Shown: piece after piece, positions 19,808 through 29,548 of the stretch | Position numbering within the stretch: position 1 is the stretch's first letter | How the letters are laid out: the number at the start of each line of letters is the position of its first letter | Origin: Spirochaetia bacterium | GTDB taxonomy: Bacteria; Spirochaetota; Spirochaetia; SZUA-6; Bin103 | Length of the DNA: 64,000 bases | Direction: 5' to 3' | Assembly (NCBI GenBank): GCA_965198005.1 | Contig: CBDAOI010000004.1 | Coordinates: forward strand, 1,024,001 to 1,088,000 | Translations under genes and position numbers: made by a program | Notes under the pieces: model-generated | Told to the model about the DNA's origin: nothing | The model's database searches: none | Seen by the model: only the letters and a program-made list of their open reading frames with translations

Positions 19808-19969
19808 GGTGGCTACCTCGTGTCACGGTCTGCGCTGCCGCATCTTGACGTCAGTGTACCCCCAATGTTGTCCCGCCAGGGCGGCGCGAGTGGTCTGAGC
19901 ATCGCCAGTGGACCGCTCGGCTTCGGTGCGGCCGGGCCGGATGCCCGCCAGCAGCGCCTTGTGATAAGC

Positions 19970-20035
19970 TGATCATGAAGCCGTAGAGGGCGCGCTGGGT
20001 GTCGCTGTAGGTGCCGTTCACTGGCCACATGCGGT
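19970..20035 (-). pseudogene. Possible Xaa-Pro aminopeptidase (M24) fragment
   Basis: RMWPVNGTYSDTQRALYGFM resembles the TRxWPVNGxFSxxQRxLY segment; very short. Confidence 0.35.
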
Positions 20036-20239
20036 CGTCGAGCACAGGCGAGAGGTCTTCGATCCGCGCCGCCGGTCAGCGCTGCCGCAGCAGGCCGGCA
20101 AACTCCGCCTCCCGCGCCGGGCTGCCGTCGAACGGATCCAGTTTAGGAGGCGCGGTCCGCAGTAGGCCCGGCCAATCGACTATAAGGAGTGGATGGAGTG
20201 GATAGTGGGTCGCGGTGATTGGTGGCTGGCGCTACATGC

Positions 20240-21262
20240 TCACGTGCAGACACCTCGCTTGGTGGGAGGTGCGATGACGGGCGGTGGAGGCGCTGTGGCT
20301 CTCCGTCGGAAGCGGCGGATCACAAAGGTCGCGCGGGGGTCCATCGCGTCGCGGAGGCCGTCGCCGAGGAAGTTGACGCTGAGGACGGTGAGGGAGATGG
20401 CGAGGCCGGGCCAGATGACGCGGAGCGGGGTGAGGGTGAGGAACGGGACGCCGTCGTAGAGCAGGCGGCCCCAGGTGGGGAAGTCGGAGGGGAAGCCGAG
20501 GCCGAGGAAGCTGAGGGCGCTCTCGGTGATGATCGCCTGGGCGATGTCCAGGGTGGCGGCGACTACGATCGGACTCAGGGCGTTGGGGAACACGTGGCGC
20601 AGGATGATGCGCCACGGCCGGGCGCCGACGCTGCGGGCGGCGACCACGAACTCGCGCGCCCGGATGGTGAGCACCTGGCCGCGCACGATGCGGGCGGTCT
20701 GCATCCAGCTCGTGATGCCGATCACCCCCACCACCAGGATGAAGATGCCTGCCTCCAGGCCCAGCGCGGCGCGCAGCGGTTCGCGGAACAGCATGGTGCT
20801 GACCATCAGCAGCGGCAGCACCGGCAGCGCCAGGAACAGGTCGGTGAAGCGCATCAGCGGGCCGTCGAGGCGGCGGAAGAAGCCGGACAGGACGCCGACT
20901 ACGGTGCCGACGGTCAGTGACAGCGCCATCGCGGCCACCCCCACGGTCAGCGACAGCCGCCCGCCGGCCAGCAGGCGCGCGAAGGTGTCGCGGCCGAGAT
21001 TGTCGGTGCCGAGCGGGTGGGCGAGGGAGATACCCTGGTTCTTGGCCCGGTAGTCGAGGTAGTGGGGGTCGACGCCGTGCACGAACGAGCCGAACAGCAC
21101 CGCCAGCGCCACGCATGCGAACGCCGCGGCCCCGGCGACGGCGCCCCGGTGGCGGCGCAGCCGGTACCACACGGCGTGTTTGTGGGCGCGGTCCGCGTGG
21201 GCGCGCGGCACGCCGTGCCCGGCGGCGCGGGCGGACGCGGCGGGGGCCGGTTCAGCGGGCAC
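20240..21262 (-). CDS. ABC permease (DppC/OppC-like)
   Basis: HPLGTDNLGRD, HVFPNALSPI, ESALSFLGLG, NFLGDGLRDAMDPR. Confidence 0.92.
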   Translation of the reverse strand: MPAEPAPAASARAAGHGVPRAHADRAHKHAVWYRLRRHRGAVAGAAAFACVALAVLFGSFVHGVDPHYLDYRAKNQGISLAHPLGTDNLGRDTFARLLAGGRLSLTVGVAAMALSLTVGTVVGVLSGFFRRLDGPLMRFTDLFLALPVLPLLMVSTMLFREPLRAALGLEAGIFILVVGVIGITSWMQTARIVRGQVLTIRAREFVVAARSVGARPWRIILRHVFPNALSPIVVAATLDIAQAIITESALSFLGLGFPSDFPTWGRLLYDGVPFLTLTPLRVIWPGLAISLTVLSVNFLGDGLRDAMDPRATFVIRRFRRRATAPPPPVIAPPTKRGVCT

Positions 21263-21316
21263 GGTTACTCCGTGACGCGCTGTATCGGCATCGCCGGCCG
21301 GCCGGGATCTTCCGGG

Positions 21317-22331
21317 CTAGTCATAGCGGATGCGCGGGTCGAGCATGCCGTACAGCAGGTCCGCCACCAGGTTGAAGAACACGATCAGGCCCGCGAAGAT
21401 GAAGGTCACGGTCTGCACGGTGGGGATGTCGGCGCCCTCGATCGCCCCGATCAGCAGCGCGCCGACGCCGTTGACGCGGAAGATCTGCTCGGTGATGATC
21501 GCGCCGGCGAAGGTGGTGGGCAGGCCGAGCGCGATCACCGTGACCACCGGGATCAGGCTGTTGCGCAGCACGTGCGCCAGGAGCACCCACGGCTCGGAAA
21601 GGCCCTTGGCGCGCGCGGTGCGCACGTACTCCTGGTGCAGGGTGTCGAGCACCGCGGAGCGGGTGAAGCGGCTGATCTGGGCGGCGCTGAACAGCGCCAG
21701 CACCAGCACCGGCATCACCATCTGCTTGAGCTGGTAGCCGAAGCTGGCCAGGTCGGTCACCCGGTGGGTGGTGTCGTAGATCGACGGCAGCCAGCCGAGC
21801 AGGCCGCTGAAGATCACGATCAGCACGGTGCCGGTGAAGAACGTGGGCACCGAGAACCCCACCATGGTGACGAAGGTGCCGACCTGGTCGAACACCGAAT
21901 ACTGGCGGTAGGCGGAGAACACGCCGGCCGGCACCGCGATCAGGATCGCCACCAGGTAGGAGACGCCCACCACGGTCAGGGTCTGCGGCAGCCGCTGGGC
22001 GATCAGGTCCACCACCGGCGAGCGGGTGGCCCAGGATCTGACCCGCAGCCGCGCGGCCGAGTCGCCGATCTCGATCCCGAACAGCACCTCGATCAGGTTG
22101 AGCGGCTCGTTGCGCCAGGAACTGCTCCAGCCAGCGCACGTAGCGCACCGGGAACGGCTGGCCGAGGCCGAGACTCTGCCGGATCCGCTCGCGCGTCTCC
22201 GGCGGAATGGTCAGCGGCAGTTGCGCGGTGGGATCACCCGGCGCCAGATCCAGCAGCGCGAAGACCACGAAGCTGATCGCCAGCAGGGTGGGAATGGCGA
22301 ACAGCAGGCGGCGGATCGCGTAGCGCACCAT
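21317..22331 (-). pseudogene. ABC permease (DppB/OppB-like) split by one frameshift near 22113
   Basis: MVRYAIRRLL..LEQFL in one frame; NEPLNLIEVLFG..EYVRTARAKGL..LDPRIRYD in another. Confidence 0.85.
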
Positions 22332-22357
22332 GCCGATGATCCGCGCGCGGCCCTACC

Positions 22358-24067
22358 TCACTTGACGCGATGCCATTCGTGGATGTTCCACAGCGTCGCG
22401 TCCCAGGCGTTGTGCCGGATGCCGCCGAGCGCCAGCGACCGGGCGCCGACCTCGCCACGGTGGATCAGCGGGATCAGCGCTCCGTCCTCGATCAGCAGGT
22501 CGTTCATGAGCTTGGCGATCGCCGCGCGCTGCTCGATGCCGCCGGTCTCGGCGAGCTGCGCGGCCAGGGCGTCGTACTGCCGGTTGCAGTAGCGGGAGAT
22601 GTTGCTGCCGTTCCACTGGTTCTCTGGGTCCGGGACCTTATCGCAGACCCAGCCGGCCATGTAGGCCTGCGGATCGGTGCCGTCGAAGTTGTTGGTGTAC
22701 ATCTGAATGTCGGCGTAGAACTTCTGGTAGGTGTCGGGGCTGGCCGGATCGCTGCCGAAGAACACCGACGCGTTGACGTTCCGCAGCTCGGTCTCGACGC
22801 CGATCGCGCGCCACATCTGCTTGATCAGCGCCTGCGTGCCCTGCCGCACCGAGTTGGTCGAGGTCTGGTAGAGGATCGACAGCCGCACCCCGTCCTTGGC
22901 GCGGACGCCGCCGCGGCCGCGCACCCAGCCCGCCTCGTCCAGGAGCCGGTTGGCGGCCTCGACGTCCTGCGTCATGCACCAGTCGTTGGCGGTGGAGGCG
23001 TACACCGGCGGGGCGGGCAGGACGTTGCAGGTCACGCGGCCGGCGGGGCCGTAGCCGGCTTCCACCAGGATGGCGCGGTCGATCGCCAGCGACAACGCGC
23101 GCGTCACCGCCGGATCGGACAGGAACGGGTGCGGGTTGGTGCCGTCCTGGTAGGTGGAGCGCGCGGCGCCGAGCGCCGGGTCGGGATTGGTCTTGTTGAT
23201 TACCAGGCGTTCGACGAAGGTGCCGAAGGCGGACAGCACCTCCCCCTTGCCCGCCCGCTCCATGTCGGCCAGGATTTCCGGCTCGACCTGCAGGTTCCAG
23301 GCGTGGTCGAACTCGCCGGTCACCAGCACCGCGCGGGCGGCCGAGACGGCGTCGCCGCCGCCCTTCAGCAGCACCGACGAGAAGGCCGGCCGGTCCGGGT
23401 CGCGGTAGCGCTCGTTGACCACGTAGCGCACCACGTCGTTGGGCCGGAACTCCGCCACCTTGAACGGGCCGGTGCCGACCGGCGCGAAGTTCTCGGTGGT
23501 GCACTCCGGCGCACGCGCGCCGGTGCAGTTCTCGAACTGGCGCTGCTGGAGGATCGGCAGGATCGAGCCGACGAACGGCGCGTAGGGGAACGGCATCGGC
23601 ACGTCGAAGTCGATCCGCACGGTGTGGTCATCGACCGCCTCGACCGAGCCGACGCCCTGGAACGAGGCGGCAGCCGGGCAGCCGCCGCCCGGGTCCATGC
23701 AGTAGGCCGCGGTGAAGGCGACGTCCTGCGCGGTGAACGGCGTGCCGTCGGACCACACCACGTCGTCGCGCAGCTTCCAGGTGATCGACCTGAGGTCGCG
23801 TGCCACGCCGCCGTTGTCCAGGGTGGGAATCTCGACCGCCAGCCAGGCGACCATGTCGCCGTTCTCGTCGTAGCGCGCCAGCGGCTCCAGGATCAGCGAC
23901 GCCGCGTGGATATCCTTGGTCCCGCCGGACAGGTAGGGGTTGAGGATCGACGGCGCCTGCCAGTAGAGCATCCTCAGTTCGCCGTCGGTGCCGCGCTCGG
24001 CCGCGGCTGCCACCGCCAGCGTCACCAGCGCCAGCGCCGCGAGACCCGGAGTTCGTAGCTTGCTCAT
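22358..24067 (-). CDS. Peptide ABC transporter substrate-binding protein
   Basis: Signal peptide; YWQAPSILNPYLSGGTKD, WKLRDDVVWSDG, VGTGPF. Confidence 0.93.
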   Translation of the reverse strand: MSKLRTPGLAALALVTLAVAAAAERGTDGELRMLYWQAPSILNPYLSGGTKDIHAASLILEPLARYDENGDMVAWLAVEIPTLDNGGVARDLRSITWKLRDDVVWSDGTPFTAQDVAFTAAYCMDPGGGCPAAASFQGVGSVEAVDDHTVRIDFDVPMPFPYAPFVGSILPILQQRQFENCTGARAPECTTENFAPVGTGPFKVAEFRPNDVVRYVVNERYRDPDRPAFSSVLLKGGGDAVSAARAVLVTGEFDHAWNLQVEPEILADMERAGKGEVLSAFGTFVERLVINKTNPDPALGAARSTYQDGTNPHPFLSDPAVTRALSLAIDRAILVEAGYGPAGRVTCNVLPAPPVYASTANDWCMTQDVEAANRLLDEAGWVRGRGGVRAKDGVRLSILYQTSTNSVRQGTQALIKQMWRAIGVETELRNVNASVFFGSDPASPDTYQKFYADIQMYTNNFDGTDPQAYMAGWVCDKVPDPENQWNGSNISRYCNRQYDALAAQLAETGGIEQRAAIAKLMNDLLIEDGALIPLIHRGEVGARSLALGGIRHNAWDATLWNIHEWHRVK

Positions 24068-24199
24068 GGGTAGTCAGTGTACGCGGGGCGCGGTTTCGGC
24101 GCCATCCGCGCACGGCGGCCGCGGCGGATGTTGCCTCCATGCGGTCCATGCGGTTCGGGGGGGAGCGCCGTTTGCAACCATCAGGTACAGTAGACGGAT

Positions 24200-25444
24200 A
24201 TGCCACCGGCCTGTAAGTCGCCGGTGCCGCCCACACCGCCCACCGGGCAGGCGGCCCGGGTCGAGGCGGCGTTGCGCGACGGCCGGCTGCGGCTGCCGTC
24301 GCCCGCGCGGCCGGCGTTCGTGGACCTGATCCGCGCCGTGCAGCGGGGAGCCGGGGTGGCAGCGGCGCCGAGCCCCCATGCCGGCACGCTGGCTCGCCAT
24401 CTGTTCGGGCGCCCGCGCCTGGTGCTGGTGCTGGTCGACGGGATGGGCATGACCGCGCTCGACGATCCGGCCGTGGCCGACCTGCGGCGGCGCGTGCGAC
24501 TGGAGCTGGACGCGGTGTTTCCGGCCACCACCGCCTGCGCCATGACCACGGTGGCGACCGGGATGTGGCCGGCGCAGCACGGTGTGCCGGGCTGGTGGGC
24601 GTACCTGGCGGAGCGTGACCTGCCGGTAACCGTGCTGCCGTTCCAGGAGCGCCATTCCGGGCGCGGGCTGCGCCGCCACGGCGTGCGTCCCGCCGAGTTG
24701 TGGCCGCACCCGTCGCGGTTCGCCGAGGTCAGCGGCAGCATGGAGATGCACGTCCCGGTGGCGTACCTGATGAGCGTGTTCACCCGCTACCTGAGCGGCC
24801 GCGGCCGCACGCGCGGCTACTGGTCGTTGCGCCACGCGCAGCGCCGGATCGTGCGGGGCATGCGGCGCGGGCGGCGGCGGCGGGCGCCGTCCATCACCTA
24901 CTGGTACATCCCCGACTACGACGCGGCCTGCCACACCTACGGCGCCGCCAGCCCGCAGGCGCGCGCCACGCTGGCCGCCATCCAGGGGATGCTGCTCGAG
25001 GTCGCGGCCGCGGCGCCGGACGACACGCGGGTGGCGGTGACCGCCGACCATGGACTGATCGACCTCGGCGACGGCGACCGGCTGCCGCTGTTCGACGGCG
25101 ATCCGGTGCTCGACTGCCTGCGCAGCGTGCCCAGCGGCGAGGGGCGCACGCCCCACTTCCACGTCCGGCCGGGCCGGGCCGGGGAGCTGGTGGAGCGGCT
25201 GGCCGAGCGCGCCGGCGAACGGCTGGCGGTGCTCAGTCTGGGCGAGGCGGAGGAGCTGCGCCTGTTCGGGCCGGAGCCGCTCGGCGCCCACGCGCGCCGC
25301 CGCTTCGGCGACTACGTCGGCGTCGCCCTGGCGCCGTTCACCGTCGCCTACTTCGAATCCGCCGACGCCACGTCGTTGCGCCACGTCGGCGTCCACGGCG
25401 GCATGTCCCCCGCCGAGGTGCGGATTCCCCTGGTCGTGCTGTGA
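24200..25444 (+). CDS. Alkaline-phosphatase-superfamily nucleotide pyrophosphatase/phosphodiesterase
   Basis: LVDGMG, FPATTA..TG, YIPDYDAACH, VTADHG, GVHGGMS. Confidence 0.85.
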   Translation: MPPACKSPVPPTPPTGQAARVEAALRDGRLRLPSPARPAFVDLIRAVQRGAGVAAAPSPHAGTLARHLFGRPRLVLVLVDGMGMTALDDPAVADLRRRVRLELDAVFPATTACAMTTVATGMWPAQHGVPGWWAYLAERDLPVTVLPFQERHSGRGLRRHGVRPAELWPHPSRFAEVSGSMEMHVPVAYLMSVFTRYLSGRGRTRGYWSLRHAQRRIVRGMRRGRRRRAPSITYWYIPDYDAACHTYGAASPQARATLAAIQGMLLEVAAAAPDDTRVAVTADHGLIDLGDGDRLPLFDGDPVLDCLRSVPSGEGRTPHFHVRPGRAGELVERLAERAGERLAVLSLGEAEELRLFGPEPLGAHARRRFGDYVGVALAPFTVAYFESADATSLRHVGVHGGMSPAEVRIPLVVL

Positions 25445-25532
25445 GCCGCCCGCGCCGCCCGCGGCTCCCCGCACCCGGCGTGGCGAAGCCGGTCGACGGC
25501 CTCACCTGCGCTGTGCTTGCCGCGGCCGGGAG

Positions 25533-26159
25533 CTACGGCTGGTACCGGTAGCGGTCCGATCTGATGGCCGAGCTGCCGTCCATCAGGTCCATGAAGGCAT
25601 CGAAGCTGTCAGCGGAACTCCCGGTGCTCTCGCAGTTGGTCAGGGTCACGTAGCGGTGGTCGGCGCCGTGCTGGGTTCTCACGATCTCGTAGTTGCAGGT
25701 GACCGTAACCGTTACGGCCGGAGGACCTGCGGAGGTGGTCTTCACGATGGCGACCGTGCTCACGTCATTCTCGCTGTCGGTGCTGGTGGTGTACGTCGCC
25801 CCGTCGGTGACCACGTCGTCGTCCCGTAGCGCTTTCCACTCGGTCTGGTCGAAGACGTGCTGGACTTCGACCCGCCTGAAGTCCCCGCCATTGGTGAATA
25901 TCAGGGTGTCGTCGATCGGCGCCCCGCCCGTGCTGTCGGTGTTGTCCCCCGGATGCGTGAACTGCCAGCTCCCGACCAGAGACAGGTTGACCGGTACCTC
26001 GACCTCTACTCGTATCGTCTCGGTCCTCGAGCGGGGAGTGCTCGCGGTGGTGCTGCTCTCCTCCACGTCTTCCTGGTCTTCCGGCACCCCCCCGGGGCAC
26101 GCCGCCAGCACCGACAGCATTACGATAAGTGATGTCCACACAAGCACAGGTTTCAACAT
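25533..26159 (-). CDS. Hypothetical lipoprotein (possible lipocalin-like barrel)
   Basis: Hydrophobic leader with LAAC lipobox, acidic Thr-rich tether, LVGSW motif. Confidence 0.65.
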   Translation of the reverse strand: MLKPVLVWTSLIVMLSVLAACPGGVPEDQEDVEESSTTASTPRSRTETIRVEVEVPVNLSLVGSWQFTHPGDNTDSTGGAPIDDTLIFTNGGDFRRVEVQHVFDQTEWKALRDDDVVTDGATYTTSTDSENDVSTVAIVKTTSAGPPAVTVTVTCNYEIVRTQHGADHRYVTLTNCESTGSSADSFDAFMDLMDGSSAIRSDRYRYQP

Positions 26160-26182
26160 GACCGCTACCCTGGCACAGAACG

Positions 26183-26226
26183 AAAATAAGGAGAGCGCCC
26201 GCAGACGGCTCCTCTGCTCTCCTTAT
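26183..26226 (-). terminator. Terminator-like hairpin just upstream of the lipoprotein gene
   Basis: ATAAGGAGAGC/GCTCTCCTTAT 11-bp stem followed by TTTCGTT on the minus strand. Confidence 0.55.
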
Positions 26227-26261
26227 CGGACAGTTTGCCGGGGCAGTGAAGTGACAAATTC

Positions 26262-26689
26262 GACAGCACGGTCAGCAGAATCAGCAGCCCCGGGAACGCC
26301 AGCCAGGCATCCACGGCGCGCTGCACGATGATGTCGTAGGCGCCGCCCAGGAACCCCGACGGGAGGCCGATGATGACCGCGACCACCACCGTCACGGTAG
26401 TCCCGGCCAGGCCCACGATCATCGAGATCCGGGCGCCGTAGATCAGGCGGGTGAGGATGTCCCTGCCCGCCTGATCCGCACCCAGCACGTGCTCTGCCGA
26501 CGGCGGCGCCAGCCGGGCCAGCATGTGAATCTCATTCATCCCGTACGGGGCCAGCAGATCGGCGAAGATCCCGCTGCACAGCAGGATCAGGAAGATCCCG
26601 CCACCGAACACCCCCAGCGGCTTCCTGGTTGCCAGCCGGATGAAGAACTCGGCCACGGGGCGGTGCCGCCGGTTCACGCCGCGACTCAT
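26262..26689 (-). pseudogene. DppC-like permease, C-terminal half missing
   Basis: HVLGADQAGRD..VQRAVDAWLAFPGLLILLTV, then similarity stops. Confidence 0.8.
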
Positions 26690-27116
26690 CGGTACGTCAT
26701 CTGCGCGCGGCGCCTACCGTAGGAGACGTCCACCAGCAGATTGGCCGCCACGATCGCGGCGGCCACCACCAGGTTGATGGCGGAGACCACCGGATAGTCT
26801 CTGCGCGTCAACGCCTGCAACATGAGGCGTCCCATCCCCGGCAGGGCGAATATCTGCTCCATGATCACCGCCCCGCCGACCAGGATCGGCAGATAGGCTC
26901 CGACCACGGTCACGACCGGAATCAGGGCGTTCTTGACGGCGTGGCCCACGACCACCACCCGCTCGCTGAGCCCCTTCGCATAGGCGGTCCTGACGTAGTC
27001 CTGGCGTAGCGCCTCCAGCATCATGGTGCGCGTCATGCCCATGGTGGCGGCGGCCATCGCCGTCCCCAGAATCAGGCCGGGTACCAGGAACTGTCCCAGG
27101 TTGCCCAGCGGATCCG
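26686..27116 (-). pseudogene. DppB-like permease, N-terminal half missing
   Basis: ADPLGNLGQFLVPG..QDYVRTAYAKGL..MEQIFALPGMG; degenerate C-terminus. Confidence 0.8.
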
Positions 27117-27368
27117 CGCATTTCTTCGTTCACTTGGCCGTGGACATCGCCTTGGAGACCGCTATCGCACAGCGAGAGGCGCTGGAGGAGCCTGGATCCG
27201 ACGAGGTTCCGGAAAGCCTCAAGCTGTTCGTCGTACGTCGAGGAAGTAGTACAAGCGGCCCCCGGTTTCGGGATGTCCTTCACGTGAGCCGGCCCGTCTA
27301 CTCTCGCGAGCAGATCGACGCCGTCGTCGTTGAAGCAGGCACCGACGGCGCCGAGAGATCCTGCTCGA

Positions 27369-28571
27369 TCATCTCGGCACGTGGTCCTGACGCCGGGCGG
27401 CGGCGGCCGCGGCGGCGAAGTCGGCCTTGAGGTCTTCCAGGTCCTCCAGGCCGACCGAGATCCGCACCAGCCCGTCGGGAATGCCCTGAGCTTCCCGTTC
27501 CTCGGAACTGAGGTCCAGGTGGGAAGTGTGGCGCGGCATTGACACCAGGGTCTCCACGCCGCCGAGTGATGGCGCCACCGCGGCCAGCTTCAGGGTGGCG
27601 CAGAAGCGGTCGGCGGCCGGGCCGCCGCCGTCGAGGATCACCGACAGCATGCCGCCGTAGCCGTCGAGCATCCGGGTGGCGCGCGCGTGGTCGGGGTGAT
27701 CGGGCAGGCCGGGGTAGAGCACGCGCCGCACGCCCGCGACCCGCGTGAACCACTCCGCCAGGGCGTGGGCGGTGCGGTTGTGCCGCTCCATCCTGGCCGG
27801 CAGCGTGCGGATGCCGCGCTCCAGCAGCCAGGCCGTCTCCGGATCGATCGACGCCCCGTACAGTTTCATCATCTTGGTTACCCGGCCGATCACGGTCCGG
27901 CTGCCGGCCACGACGCCGGCGATCAGGTCGGAGTGCCCGCCCAGGTACTTGGTCGCCGAGTGGATGACCGCGTCCACGCCGTGCTCGGCGGCGCGCAGGT
28001 TGATCGGCGTGGCGAAGGTCACGTCGGCCGCCAGCAGCGCTCCCGCCTGCCGCGCCGCGCGCCGGGCCGGCTCCAGGTCGAATACCTTGAGCGTGGGGTT
28101 GGTGGGCAGCTCCAGCAGGACCACCCGGGTGCGGGGCTGCAGGGCCGCCTGCCAGGCCGCGCGGTCGTCGGGGTCGACCAAGGTGGTGGTGATCCCGCGC
28201 CGGGGCAGCTCGCCGGTGAGCAGAGCGTGGGTGGCGCCGTAGAGGTAGCGGCTGGCCACCACGTGGTCACCCGCCTCCGCCACCGAGAGGATGGTCATGG
28301 AGATGGCGGCCATGCCGCTGGCGAGGACCAGCGCGCCCTCGGTGCCTTCCAGTGCCGCCACCTTGGCAGCGACCGCCCGCTGGTTCGGATTGTTGCCGTA
28401 GCGGCTGTACAGCAACTCGCTGCCGTCGCCGGGTTCCGGGGCATGGAAGGTGGAACTGCGGACGACCGGCGGAATGACCGGCTGTCCGGGCCGCGCGCGC
28501 GGCTCGCCCGCGTGGATGGCGCTGGTCGCCGGCCGCGGGCCGCGGTGGTTGTTCGTATCGTCGGGTGGCAT
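27369..28571 (-). CDS. PLP-dependent trans-sulfuration enzyme (cystathionine gamma-synthase/lyase family)
   Basis: YSRYGNNP, ASGMAAI, ELPTNP, HSATKYLGGHSD, SLGGVETL, VRISVGLE. Confidence 0.92.
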   Translation of the reverse strand: MPPDDTNNHRGPRPATSAIHAGEPRARPGQPVIPPVVRSSTFHAPEPGDGSELLYSRYGNNPNQRAVAAKVAALEGTEGALVLASGMAAISMTILSVAEAGDHVVASRYLYGATHALLTGELPRRGITTTLVDPDDRAAWQAALQPRTRVVLLELPTNPTLKVFDLEPARRAARQAGALLAADVTFATPINLRAAEHGVDAVIHSATKYLGGHSDLIAGVVAGSRTVIGRVTKMMKLYGASIDPETAWLLERGIRTLPARMERHNRTAHALAEWFTRVAGVRRVLYPGLPDHPDHARATRMLDGYGGMLSVILDGGGPAADRFCATLKLAAVAPSLGGVETLVSMPRHTSHLDLSSEEREAQGIPDGLVRISVGLEDLEDLKADFAAAAAAARRQDHVPR

Positions 28572-28612
28572 GGCTCCGTACCGCGAATATACACCCGTGT
28601 GGTCGGGTCGCC

Positions 28613-29533
28613 TTAGCCATGCGCCTCGGCCACCGCTGCCGCCGGCTGTACGCCGGCGGCAGCGGGCGGGGCCGGCTCCCCAGCTCCCGTGGCCGGCGCG
28701 AGAAACTCGTAGGTCTGGTGGTCTTCGATGGCGACCGGGGCCAGCGCCGGTCCGCGCATGGCGAGCCGCACGATCGTGCGGTTGAAGCGCGCGACGTGGG
28801 CGGAGGCGAAGTATTCCGCCAGCGGCATCCAGCGGCACTCTTCGATCTCGGCCGGGTCGTGACGGATGTCCGCGATCAGCGGCCGCAGGCGGCATACGAT
28901 ATACAGATCGGAGCGTCCGAACCTGAACTGGTGGCGGTGACGGATGCAGACGATGCCCTGGAACTCCGCCCGGATGCCGGTCTCTTCCGCCACCTCGCGC
29001 ACCACCGCGGTCGCCAGGTCCTCCTCGGGGTCGAGCGAACCGCCCGGCAGCTTGTAATAGGGACGGGTCAGGTCGGGCCGGAACCGTTCGCTGACCACCA
29101 GCAAACGGTCCTGCGCGTCGATCACCACGCCGCCGGCGCCGACGTTGTGGGTGGCGTAGTGCGGGATGTGGGCATGCGGCTGCAATGGCAGGGTCATCGT
29201 CAGGTGGTCCGGGCCGGCATGGTGAAAGGAGAATCCGGCGGCCGCCGCCACCGGCACCAGGGGCGCCGACCGGCGCGGGATCTTCAGCCACACCAGCCGG
29301 TAGCCGGCCGCGCGCCAGGCGGCGATCGAGCATGCCAGCACCTCCGTGAACCGGGCGGGAGCGGCCGGCAGCCGGCTCGGGTCGACGATAAAGCCGCCGT
29401 ACATGTCGGCGGCGCCGGCCAGCGGGTGCGGGTCAGCCACCGGCGCCTGGCCCGGCCGCGTGGGATGAGACGTCGTGCATACGCCGCCGACCATGTATCG
29501 GGAAGCGCGGATGGTCAATCGCCCGCATGCCAT
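28613..29533 (-). CDS. NUDIX hydrolase (NUDT6-like with N-terminal domain); start uncertain
   Basis: VWLKIP..GFSFHHA, IPHYATHNVGAGG, Nudix box GGSLDPEEDLATAVVREVAEETG. Confidence 0.88.
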   Translation of the reverse strand: MACGRLTIRASRYMVGGVCTTSHPTRPGQAPVADPHPLAGAADMYGGFIVDPSRLPAAPARFTEVLACSIAAWRAAGYRLVWLKIPRRSAPLVPVAAAAGFSFHHAGPDHLTMTLPLQPHAHIPHYATHNVGAGGVVIDAQDRLLVVSERFRPDLTRPYYKLPGGSLDPEEDLATAVVREVAEETGIRAEFQGIVCIRHRHQFRFGRSDLYIVCRLRPLIADIRHDPAEIEECRWMPLAEYFASAHVARFNRTIVRLAMRGPALAPVAIEDHQTYEFLAPATGAGEPAPPAAAGVQPAAAVAEAHG

Positions 29534-29548
29534 GCTGCTCGATGGCCG

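Noticed and set aside
5583-27116. CGGATCCG at two truncation junctions (about 5583 and 27109)
   Set aside because: Only two cases, and the word arises naturally from Asp-Pro and Arg-Ile codons in GC-rich DNA; not enough to claim a site-specific mechanism.
27117-27368. Foreign-looking segment between the permease relic and the trans-sulfuration gene
   Set aside because: No frame gave a motif I could assign.
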